Assembly: GCA_963769425.1 (NCBI GenBank)
Contig: CAVYLP010000003.1
Span: 29,852 to 93,851 of the forward strand
Length of the DNA: 64,000 nucleotides
Direction of reading: 5' to 3'
From: Candidatus Bathyarchaeota archaeon
GTDB taxonomy: Archaea; Thermoproteota; Bathyarchaeia; TCS64
Below are positions 31,818 to 40,479 of this stretch, piece by piece. A program made the translations under genes and the position numbers. Each line of letters begins with the position of its first letter. The first letter of the stretch is position 1. Below the pieces are notes generated by a model. It was not told the origin of the DNA and did not search any database. It saw nothing but the letters and a program-made list of their open reading frames with translations.

Positions 31818-31931
31818 CCCCCTTACTGATCCCTTCATATGCCCGCGCAAGCTGATAATCACAGGGAAGCTAAAAGATTACGAGTACAACGAAACTAAAC
31901 CTATATATAATTTTTAAACAAATAGCAATGT

Positions 31932-32129
31932 ATGGCCTTCAAACGAATTTATCAGGACATCCCGGGAGTCAGCTGTCCATTATGCGGCGCATCCGTATTG
32001 AAAGATGCTAGAAATACAAAAAAGATCACCTATTTCTGCAGTGGAAAAACAACCCACGACCTAACAAATAACAAGACCATAAAGGCCTTTTTAATTGGAG
32101 AAGCCCTAACCCGACCTACAACACACTAG
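31932..32129 (+). CDS. Small Cys-containing hypothetical protein (65 aa)
   Basis: ORF with CPLCG...FCSGK (possible zinc ribbon). Confidence 0.3.
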   Translation: MAFKRIYQDIPGVSCPLCGASVLKDARNTKKITYFCSGKTTHDLTNNKTIKAFLIGEALTRPTTH

Positions 32130-32498
32130 ACTACGCCTACGCACATAGAAGCTAAGATAAAATCATTATTTCAAGAACATTATAGACTACTTAAATGCTT
32201 ATCTCATTTTTCGAACTTGCCTTTAGCTCAAAAAAACAATCAAACATACCGCCAGAAAATTAACCCAAAAGAACAATTACAAAACAACCAAAACCCATCA
32301 AAAAAAAAACGACCATGACATAAAACACAAAAAAACCCTAAAAACACATACAAACACACTTTAACAACCACTTTTTAACAAAAACAAGTGAATTGTGATG
32401 AAAGAGATCTCTTTCCCCGCTACCACGTACTACCCCCTCAACGTTCGCGTGTATAATAAGATAAATAAGGGTTATTTGCATTCTTTTTTTGACCTTGT

Positions 32499-32615
32499 AT
32501 GCCATGTAAGTGCAAAGAGTGTGGCGAAGTTTTTCCGAGTGCCAAGCAGAGAGATGCTCATATAGCCAAAGCACACCCAGAGAAGAAGACGCCAACAACT
32601 GCCAAGTCTTCATAG
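32499..32615 (+). CDS. Tiny C2H2-type zinc-finger protein (38 aa). It falls below the 60-aa cutoff of the ORF track.
   Basis: MPCKCKECGEVFPSAKQRDAHIAKAHPEKKTPTTAKSS has the C-x2-C-x12-H-x4-H spacing. A TATA-like ttatttg sits about 27 bp upstream (32472-32478). Confidence 0.45.
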   Translation: MPCKCKECGEVFPSAKQRDAHIAKAHPEKKTPTTAKSS

Positions 32616-32932
32616 AGCGATGGGACCTATACCCTATTTCGCTCGCGCGTATCATACTCAGATTTTTTCAGATTTCTAAGCTTTGAGAGTTCAAACGACA
32701 GCCTTGTACTACCCCCGCAACTTTTCAATTAAACTAAATATTATTTGGTTTAAAATACTTTTTCGCAAACGATGAAGGGCTTATGGCAAGAAGACCATAA
32801 TGCTCTCGTGATATTAATTGAAAAATTTATGTCGATTTAGAAATAAAATAATTATTTATTTATATTGATGATATTTTTTGAATATCAAATCGAGCAGAAT
32901 TTTTATATCTAAAATAAGAAGATGAATAATGT

Positions 32933-33841
32933 ATGATCAAAAGTAATAGAAGTAGATTGATACAAACCCAGGTTATGGCACAAATAGCGCCTCCAATTCT
33001 TGAGTCACAAGCTGGTTTCAATGGGGGCTATCTAACAACGTGGGATGGGAGGGCAAAGCACGGTGCTGGCCCTGGAGGTATCAAATATAACGTAAGATTG
33101 GGATCACCATGTTTGGGTTGGCCAGAGACGGAGTATCTTGAACCTGGGGTATCATTAAAAGAGGTTGAGGCAAAGGCTGCACCATATCAGAATCCCTCCA
33201 GCTTTTCGACTACTATGCATACGGTATGCTGTCTAGGCAATGAAGCTAGACTTGTATCCGGGGACGCAAAGAGTAGAAAAGGTGTAATTATAGGTAAGAG
33301 CGATAGACACGTCCTCGCTGAATTCTCTGATAAGATACTTGAGGACCTCACGATTGGTGACCATGTTCGTATCATAGCTGAAGGTGTGGGACTCGAAGTT
33401 GAGGGCTTTGAAGGCAGCGTCTTTAACATGTCAGGAGAATTTCTCGACTCATTAAATCTAAGTTTGAATGGGGGAAAACTTGTATTCCCTGTCGCCAAAA
33501 TCATTCCGGCTTATGCTATGGGAAGTGGGGTCGGTGGATCAGAGGCCCAGAGGGGTAACTTTAGTATTCAGAGTAATCCGCCGGAGCTTGTTGAGGAACT
33601 AGGAATTGCGGATTTGAAGATGGGTGATTTCGTTGCTCTCAAGGACATTCTGATGCATTATGGGAAGGCTTACCATAGAGGTGCGATTACGGTAGGTGTA
33701 GTGATGACTGGAGCGAGTGATAACGCTGGGCATGGTCCTGGTGTACTGGCGCTTGCTTCATCAAAACCTGGTATGATCCTCCCCGACGTAGATAGATCAG
33801 CAAACCTAAGGCGCTACATCGATGTGACCTACTATGATTGA
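32933..33841 (+). CDS. Uncharacterised protein, paralog A (302 aa)
   Basis: Full-length similarity to 33834..34703. Shared motifs are DGxxxxGxGPGG/NG, GxPCxGW, CxGNEA, SGDAK, GDxVxxK, MGSG and GHGPGV. Confidence 0.6.
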   Translation: MIKSNRSRLIQTQVMAQIAPPILESQAGFNGGYLTTWDGRAKHGAGPGGIKYNVRLGSPCLGWPETEYLEPGVSLKEVEAKAAPYQNPSSFSTTMHTVCCLGNEARLVSGDAKSRKGVIIGKSDRHVLAEFSDKILEDLTIGDHVRIIAEGVGLEVEGFEGSVFNMSGEFLDSLNLSLNGGKLVFPVAKIIPAYAMGSGVGGSEAQRGNFSIQSNPPELVEELGIADLKMGDFVALKDILMHYGKAYHRGAITVGVVMTGASDNAGHGPGVLALASSKPGMILPDVDRSANLRRYIDVTYYD

Positions 33842-34703
33842 GACCAATAAGGATCGACTCGTAAAGGTTGCCGTAATGGGCGAGGTTAATATGCCTTGGG
33901 CTAATGAGACCTACTCCACGGCGTTCGATGGTTCACCAAGAATTGGGAATGGACTTAGGCTTGGTATGAATGGAGTAAAATGTAACATCAAGATAGGTGA
34001 CCCATGCGCTGGCTGGGTTGAGGGTGAGCACGTAGAGCCTGGAGTGAGCGTCGCGAACCCAGATAATTTGCAGAACAACGCTCTCGCAGTACTCGCGTGT
34101 GTTGGCAACGAAGCCACGGTAAAATCCGGGGATGCCAAGGGAGCTAATGGAGTAATAACCGGTAAACACGGTCCATTTCATGTCCACTTCCGCGCAAAAG
34201 ATAAAGCGAACATCTCGATCGGCGATAAGGTCCAGTTCAAGGCTTGGGGGGTTGGATTAAAGATCAAAGGTTATGAAGATGTGAATATACATAAGTGCGG
34301 ACCAGAACTTCTCGAAAAAATGGGGATAGAGATCAAAAATGGTCGACTGCTTGTGCCAGTCGTCGCTGAGTTCCCTGCCGAGATCATGGGATCAGGCTAT
34401 GGTATGTCCCCACACTCAATCGACTACGACATCCAGAGCACGTGCCCAGATGTTGCTGTTGAGCTGGGTGTAGATAGGCTGCGCCTCGGCGACTTCGTTG
34501 TTTTAAGGGACCAGTTAAACGATTATGGTAGGGGATATTACAAGGGTGCAGTTAGTATAGGAGTCGTAATCCACGGCTGGAGTAATCACCCGGGACATGG
34601 ACCAGGCGTAACTACGTTAATCAGCGCGAGACCTGGCAGGGTAATGACCACAATCAATCCTGAAGCCAACATCGTTAATGCCCTAAATCTTAGTTTGGAT
34701 TAA
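33834..34703 (+). CDS. Uncharacterised protein, paralog B (289 aa). Its start overlaps the end of paralog A by 8 nt.
   Basis: See paralog A. Tight overlap indicates co-translation. Confidence 0.6.
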   Translation: MIETNKDRLVKVAVMGEVNMPWANETYSTAFDGSPRIGNGLRLGMNGVKCNIKIGDPCAGWVEGEHVEPGVSVANPDNLQNNALAVLACVGNEATVKSGDAKGANGVITGKHGPFHVHFRAKDKANISIGDKVQFKAWGVGLKIKGYEDVNIHKCGPELLEKMGIEIKNGRLLVPVVAEFPAEIMGSGYGMSPHSIDYDIQSTCPDVAVELGVDRLRLGDFVVLRDQLNDYGRGYYKGAVSIGVVIHGWSNHPGHGPGVTTLISARPGRVMTTINPEANIVNALNLSLD

Positions 34704-35121
34704 TCCCGGAATTCGTCGTCTTTGAATCATTTTTAGGACCAGAATATATGCGGATCCCAATCGCACCGCCAAATATAAATGCGATTAGTATGAGGAAATC
34801 ATTTACATTAATAGAAATACCACTAATGAATAGAAAAAGAGAGTAAAATAAATAGGCAATAAAACCCAATAGAACACCGACAGAGACATTAGTGTCTGGA
34901 TAACGTCTCTTGAATAAATTTGATACTGCAACTCCGCTTAATAATGAAGAGGAAAATATCACACCAAAATAAAGGTAGGGGTCAGCAGTAATGAACGTAA
35001 CTAAAATGAGGGCCATAATATAAGCAGGCGTTGCTTCTAATACTCCCCCTGATACATAAATTTGTAATGGAGTTTTAGTAGTTTTTTCTAAATTTTCCAC
35101 GTTAATACGATGAATCAACAC
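34690..35121 (-). CDS. Small polytopic membrane protein (143 aa)
   Basis: ORF with four hydrophobic segments. AT-rich. Confidence 0.35.
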   Translation of the reverse strand: MLIHRINVENLEKTTKTPLQIYVSGGVLEATPAYIMALILVTFITADPYLYFGVIFSSSLLSGVAVSNLFKRRYPDTNVSVGVLLGFIAYLFYSLFLFISGISINVNDFLILIAFIFGGAIGIRIYSGPKNDSKTTNSGINPN

Positions 35122-35225
35122 AATAAATATCTTTTGAGACGAGCACGGCTCATATGGTGAATTTTCCAGAATCCATCACGATGAAGGGCTTTTGGTCTTG
35201 CTTCGTCACGGTGATTGTAGGATGC

Positions 35226-36119
35226 TCAACTAGTAGAATCCATATGGGTCTTTGATGGGTAAAAGCTCCCTCCAAAAGCCACATGTATGGTACCTATCAC
35301 CTTCTCTGCCTCGAGGAACTCATCGACGAGTCTTGCTTTCGGGTTTATTCCAAAGGAGAATTCTCCCAAGTATCTCGACCCAGGGTCTCTTCGAAGTTCC
35401 TCCTCTATTCGACTCTTGATTTTCTTGTCGCTACATTTGACTAAGCCTGCTTTGCCATTTTTGGAACTGATCTCGACTGGAGTTTCGCGGTAGAGTCTGT
35501 CGAATCCGCCTGATGTGCAGACAAGTTTTCCATCAAATGAGTCACCCACGGGAGGCATGCACATAACTTCACCACATGGTAGGTTGCCACCGTATTCTAC
35601 TATGAATTCATGGTCTATTCTGAATGTGAAGTCGGCGCCTAACTGGCTCTGTACTCTAACCTTCTTTGTATCCTTCAGTTTCTCTCTGAGCTTCTCGCCG
35701 AAGGCAAACATCGACTCGTATTCAGCATCTGTAAGGGAAGCAGCGCCCTCTGTGAACATGTCTATCGTTAGACCTGGGCAGTGACAGATTCTTGCTGATT
35801 TATGCCGTTCGAGTTTGTTGAACTGGATCCTGTAGGCTGTCTCTTCACCAGAGTTTCTGAAGAGGTTAATATACAGGTCTGGTTTATTTGCAGCAATTAG
35901 CTCCTTCGTGTGATCATCAAGTTTGGTTCGTATGTTGCTGCTTGTATCCATCATACATAACTTCGTCCAGAGACCGAGTTCGAGTGTAGCCCTCGAAAAT
36001 AAGTCTCCAAGTGGCTTCAACTCTGAGTCGCAAAATATGAGGGCTGATTCACCCACAGTAGCGTCTCGTGTGTTAAAAAGTGCAGTCTTAACTGCTGAAA
36101 GGGCATCCAATCGAGTCAC
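35226..36119 (-). CDS. M29-like (aminopeptidase T/AmpS-type) metallopeptidase-like protein. It is the last gene of the membrane-module operon.
   Basis: Overall resemblance to thermophilic aminopeptidase family M29 (tentative). The start overlaps the upstream gene by 4 nt. Confidence 0.4.
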   Translation of the reverse strand: MTRLDALSAVKTALFNTRDATVGESALIFCDSELKPLGDLFSRATLELGLWTKLCMMDTSSNIRTKLDDHTKELIAANKPDLYINLFRNSGEETAYRIQFNKLERHKSARICHCPGLTIDMFTEGAASLTDAEYESMFAFGEKLREKLKDTKKVRVQSQLGADFTFRIDHEFIVEYGGNLPCGEVMCMPPVGDSFDGKLVCTSGGFDRLYRETPVEISSKNGKAGLVKCSDKKIKSRIEEELRRDPGSRYLGEFSFGINPKARLVDEFLEAEKVIGTIHVAFGGSFYPSKTHMDSTS

Positions 36120-36817
36120 ATCTCGTATCCCATCGATTTTCTCAACAGATTCCTCGTTTTCAGTACATAGACGGTTGCTACGATGACGACTATCATTCCG
36201 ATTGTGAGGTACATGTTATCGGAATTCAGAAGCATTACCATCCTTCCATTCACTAGAGCAGTTCTGCTCATGAAGGTGTTAGCGAAGTAGGCACCGAAGG
36301 CGATGTATATCAGGTAGTATCCGATGCGGGACGTCGTTCCCAAGGCTCCTGTGTGTGGCCTCGAGAAGTAGAAGTACAGCAGAGAGGTTATCACAGTGAC
36401 AACCACCAGGATGTTCTCAAGAGATTGCGTCAGGTTTCCGGTGATGAATAGAGGCACTATTGTCGCTTGGATCTGGCTTGTGAGACTGACTTCTATCACT
36501 GCCCTCAATGTGATGCCCATACCGACGCCTATGGAGAGCGCGATTGGGTATCTTGCTACCCATCGATATTTCTCTGTGTACCTGAGATACGTTGCTAAGC
36601 CAAGGAGAATGGGGATTATGACTAGATAGTTTCCGCTCTGTAGTGGAGTTATACCGTAGTCCATGATGAAGCCTATCGCAGCCACGAGGGCGAAGGCTTG
36701 GGCTGTAGCAACGAATGTGTGTTCAGCGAAGACTGTGAAGGGATTATCTTTGAACAACATACTGAAAATGCATAGGGTGAAGAAGACTACAAGTAGACTA
36801 TCTAAACCAATGACCAT
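36116..36817 (-). CDS. Polytopic membrane protein (233 aa)
   Basis: About 6 hydrophobic segments. Translationally coupled with its neighbours. Confidence 0.5.
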   Translation of the reverse strand: MVIGLDSLLVVFFTLCIFSMLFKDNPFTVFAEHTFVATAQAFALVAAIGFIMDYGITPLQSGNYLVIIPILLGLATYLRYTEKYRWVARYPIALSIGVGMGITLRAVIEVSLTSQIQATIVPLFITGNLTQSLENILVVVTVITSLLYFYFSRPHTGALGTTSRIGYYLIYIAFGAYFANTFMSRTALVNGRMVMLLNSDNMYLTIGMIVVIVATVYVLKTRNLLRKSMGYEM

Positions 36818-37632
36818 TACTTCTTACCTCCTATCCCCACGAAGTACACTATATTGCCAATAACCACGGCTGCTATCAGCCATAGGTGGGCGATTGAGAG
36901 AACGTCGGTGCTCTCTACTCCTAGACCGGGGGTTTTTGTCAGTATCTCGAATTCGCCTGCTCCTCTGACGCTGGAGAGCAACCCAGAGATCTGGCCTGCT
37001 TGGAAATATGGAAGCATAGTAGGCAGCATAACACCTGTTTCGCCGGCTATGACTTTGTTATTAAATTTCTGTTGGAACTGCATGAGGAAACTAGTGGCGC
37101 TAGCTGAGCCTGAATCGAATGTTATTATCAGTGTTATGTCAGCACCGGTTTTTACGTTATCGAGGAAAGTTCCGGAGATCGAGTTACCGTAGTAATCATT
37201 GTGCACAACACCGTGGAAGTTAGTTGCTAATGCGGCTAACCCAGTGTCCCAACCCGCGACGTACCCTATATTGACATAGTCTTGACCGTATTTTTTCCCT
37301 TCCAAGTTAACGTTTTTCAGAGTATAGTCGATCCACTGAGAACCCATAGTCCATGCGCTAAAGTAGATCACCTTGAGGGGTCTGGTCATTAGAAACTGTG
37401 TGGTGTCGAGGACTTGTGGGCCCAGTTCGCCCCAGGATGCTGCGTCGCCACCGTAGTGGACCAGCACGATGCTGCCTGATGGTAAGTTTACAACGGTGTT
37501 ATAGTAGTCCTGAGTATACTGGCTTACCGTTATCGGTAATCCTAGTGGGTGAAGTATAGGGATAGCTATGGCTATGAACATGATTATGTACACTATTCGC
37601 TTCTGGTTTTGGTAGCCATTTAACCAACTCAT
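36817..37632 (-). CDS. Bitopic membrane protein with a large extracytoplasmic domain (271 aa)
   Basis: N-terminal TM segment, central soluble domain (LVHYGGDAASWGELGPQV...) and a C-terminal TM ending in GIGGKK. Confidence 0.5.
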   Translation of the reverse strand: MSWLNGYQNQKRIVYIIMFIAIAIPILHPLGLPITVSQYTQDYYNTVVNLPSGSIVLVHYGGDAASWGELGPQVLDTTQFLMTRPLKVIYFSAWTMGSQWIDYTLKNVNLEGKKYGQDYVNIGYVAGWDTGLAALATNFHGVVHNDYYGNSISGTFLDNVKTGADITLIITFDSGSASATSFLMQFQQKFNNKVIAGETGVMLPTMLPYFQAGQISGLLSSVRGAGEFEILTKTPGLGVESTDVLSIAHLWLIAAVVIGNIVYFVGIGGKK

Positions 37633-37637
37633 TCAAA

Positions 37638-38276
37638 TCACTTCTCCGAAGTTCCGGCCAGGAAACCATACTCCTTGCCGGTCATGACCCTTAGAGCGAG
37701 GGCAACTGCAGCCAATGTGATACTTATGCCAATGCCTCTGCTCACGCCCATTGTTGGATAATTTAATATGAATGTGCCAATTGGGTCGAATCCTCCCCAT
37801 ATGATTGCACCGATAGGTGCGTTTTTCAAGAGAACTATAAATGCGGATATGAGGAGCAGTGATGACTCGATGCTCTTGAATCTGAATGATTTGTAGGCTG
37901 CGGACGCCATGTAGAAGAGGGCTATTGAGTAGAATGTGGCGCTAAGTGGGGAGTACACGTTATTGTATATGTAGCTTGAGATATCACCCGAGTTCCCCTG
38001 AATTACGCCTATGATCGAAGTTATAGAGGTCAATAGAATAAACCAGGCGGCATAGTACCATCCAGGTCTTCTTTTAGCAATTTTTTTCCCGTAATTCTGA
38101 AACATGTTGATGAAACCGAGTCCGATTGCGAAAGCTGCTATAACTGTTCCCCAGTTGGTTAGTTGATCGGTGGTTGCCCTAAGGATGGGTATATCGAGGT
38201 TCCAATCTAAGAGGAAAACGATGATTGCTATCGCTGTGATTGCTATCGATATCTCCTTACGTTTATACCATGACAT
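37638..38276 (-). CDS. Polytopic membrane protein (212 aa)
   Basis: About 6 hydrophobic segments. Confidence 0.5.
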   Translation of the reverse strand: MSWYKRKEISIAITAIAIIVFLLDWNLDIPILRATTDQLTNWGTVIAAFAIGLGFINMFQNYGKKIAKRRPGWYYAAWFILLTSITSIIGVIQGNSGDISSYIYNNVYSPLSATFYSIALFYMASAAYKSFRFKSIESSLLLISAFIVLLKNAPIGAIIWGGFDPIGTFILNYPTMGVSRGIGISITLAAVALALRVMTGKEYGFLAGTSEK

Positions 38277-38287
38277 TTCAATGCCTC

Positions 38288-39076
38288 CTAAACGCTAAGA
38301 AGTATGGATACGATGTTGTATCCGAATATTGCAACCACAGCACCGACGACGATTAAACCGACAACAAAGATTTTGCCCCAGTCTTGGCCACGAAGGCTTC
38401 CTATCTCCACGGGATCCTTTGAGAGATAAGCTCCAGCTGCATAAAGCTCCTCACCGATAAGTACATAATCAGCTATACAAGCCAGCACTGCCGTCTGCTG
38501 ATAGTTTTGGCCGCTGCCAGCGATGACGATAGCCCCAACCGACTCCGCTTCCTCACTCAAAGCCAGTTGTTCGGGGCCATACAGTCCAGTGAAGGCGGCT
38601 GCGGCAATGTTTTTTTCGTGGATCAGCCCTATTTGGCCGGTAGCCCACGCAAACTGGTCTTCTGAGAGGAATATCACATTCTCTGGTTTAAAGTCCTCAA
38701 TTCTTCCCTCGTCATCGTAGGCGTTCCTAACAGTTTCGACAGCCTGAGGGTAGATGATAGATGTCCCTATGTCTCCACCAGCGGGGACGTATAATGTTGT
38801 ATGTGTGCGCGCTGCAATTTTGGCAATATAACCCGTTATGCTCAAGGCCGCTAGCGTGTTTGGGCCAAAACTATCTAAACCATAGCCACTCATAACAGGG
38901 CGGTTCATCTCCGAAGACCTTTCAACAGCCTCCTCGATAGCATCTAGTGCGGCAACTTTTCTGATATATGGTAACTCCTTGGCTTTTCCAGCCTGCGTCA
39001 TCAGATAATAAATCACTAAAAAAAGTCCGATGAGCACGGCAAATGGAAAAGCCTTGCCAGGGAATAACAGTAACAA
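38288..39076 (-). CDS. Bitopic membrane protein with a soluble central domain (262 aa). It is the first gene of the module.
   Basis: N- and C-terminal TM segments. It is preceded by a 245-bp, roughly 25% GC intergenic region (39077-39320). Confidence 0.5.
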   Translation of the reverse strand: MLLLFPGKAFPFAVLIGLFLVIYYLMTQAGKAKELPYIRKVAALDAIEEAVERSSEMNRPVMSGYGLDSFGPNTLAALSITGYIAKIAARTHTTLYVPAGGDIGTSIIYPQAVETVRNAYDDEGRIEDFKPENVIFLSEDQFAWATGQIGLIHEKNIAAAAFTGLYGPEQLALSEEAESVGAIVIAGSGQNYQQTAVLACIADYVLIGEELYAAGAYLSKDPVEIGSLRGQDWGKIFVVGLIVVGAVVAIFGYNIVSILLSV

Positions 39077-39320
39077 TTTAAGTCAGATTAATCGATATTT
39101 GTGATACATATTAATAACTTTCCATTAAAACTTATTTCATTTGAGGAAAAATTTAGTATTTTTTAGTCAATTAAGTAATATTCACGACTGATTAACTGGA
39201 TGAAATACTATTTTTATCAATTATGTCATATTTTAAAACACTAATACTTACTTATTATTTAACTTAATAACCATCAATTTTCTAACTTACTGCCGGGAAG
39301 AGAATGATATGAATAAGTTA

Positions 39321-40475
39321 TCACTCATCTAGTACCTCAATGTTCGCTCTCGGCAGAGTCACCCGCTTCCCGTTATTTAGTTCAACCTCGACTACCCTCA
39401 CGTCTGCTTCTGTCTCAACCTTGTGAAGATTGATTGGCAGACTAATGACAGTGCCATTCTCCCCGAAATAGGGGGTCTGAATCACTCTTACAGGGGTTCC
39501 AACCCTCATAGTCGATGGAGCTTCTTCTTTCTCGTCTGTGGGGGGTGTTTCCTTGTTCGGAATGATGATCTCTGGACGTTGAACACCGGCCCTGATCTGG
39601 GTGGCGCCATTGATGTGGGCTAGATATCCGTTGAACTCGTTGAAGAGGTCAAAGGTTCTCTTCGACATCGCCATCTTGCCGAAGCCCTCGGTGATGATCA
39701 GGGTTAACCCAATTTCTTCTTCCCCGGTTATCGCCACTCCGATAGCGTGGCCTATAAAGCTCGTCAAATCTTCCTCTTTAATGCCTCCCGAGATTATGCC
39801 TGATACGCCGAGTTCAACAGCTTTTTTTAACGTCTCGAAGGTGACGATTCCCCCCGACACAAGTATGTTACCTTTATGTTCGGACTGAATCGCATCGGCT
39901 GAAAGTTGATCCTCTGGGGAACTTACCATCACAGCAATATTGCCGTGTGCCTCTCCGCCTACACCGAATATTCCCTGGATGAAAGCAGCCTCCGTCTCTA
40001 TTACGGCGCCAACATCTTCGATGATCTCACTGACCCTTCCAGGAACATATGCGTTCACACTGATGGGCTCCGGGTGAGTCCTGACAATGATCCTACCCGT
40101 CAAAGCTGAAACATTATCAACTACGCCATCTATTGGAGACCTAACGAATTTTTTTATGAGTCCAAACATCGTTATGCACTGCGCGATAACCTCGTTCTCT
40201 TTGACAGGGTCACCAACCTTCTTCACTAAGTAACTCTCGAGCTCCTCAGAATCAACGTTCAGAATACCCGCTGCTTTAAGGATGTAGGGTCTTCCCGGCA
40301 TTTTTACCTCGGCCACAACGGTGTCGTAGTCGACGACGTCCCCCAGTTTGACAACGACGTTGCCGTGCATTGGCAACTTCCTGATCTTCTTTACATCCAC
40401 TCTTCTCTTGACTTTCAGGCCGGGTGAGTAAGCTTGTGCCTCGGAGGCAACCGCGTCGGTTTCGATAATTGTCAT
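39321..40475 (-). CDS. Uncharacterised protein (about 384 aa from MTIIETD...) partnered with a MutL-family ATPase
   Basis: Its start lies 4 nt downstream of the upstream stop. N-terminal beta-clip/SAF-like segment (VKLGDVVDYDTVVAEVKMPG), Gly-rich central region (GIVTFETLKKAVELGVSGIISGGIKEE) and a C-terminal KOW-like region (RVGTPVRV). No family was recognised. Confidence 0.45.
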   Translation of the reverse strand: MTIIETDAVASEAQAYSPGLKVKRRVDVKKIRKLPMHGNVVVKLGDVVDYDTVVAEVKMPGRPYILKAAGILNVDSEELESYLVKKVGDPVKENEVIAQCITMFGLIKKFVRSPIDGVVDNVSALTGRIIVRTHPEPISVNAYVPGRVSEIIEDVGAVIETEAAFIQGIFGVGGEAHGNIAVMVSSPEDQLSADAIQSEHKGNILVSGGIVTFETLKKAVELGVSGIISGGIKEEDLTSFIGHAIGVAITGEEEIGLTLIITEGFGKMAMSKRTFDLFNEFNGYLAHINGATQIRAGVQRPEIIIPNKETPPTDEKEEAPSTMRVGTPVRVIQTPYFGENGTVISLPINLHKVETEADVRVVEVELNNGKRVTLPRANIEVLDE

Positions 40476-40479
40476 CAGT

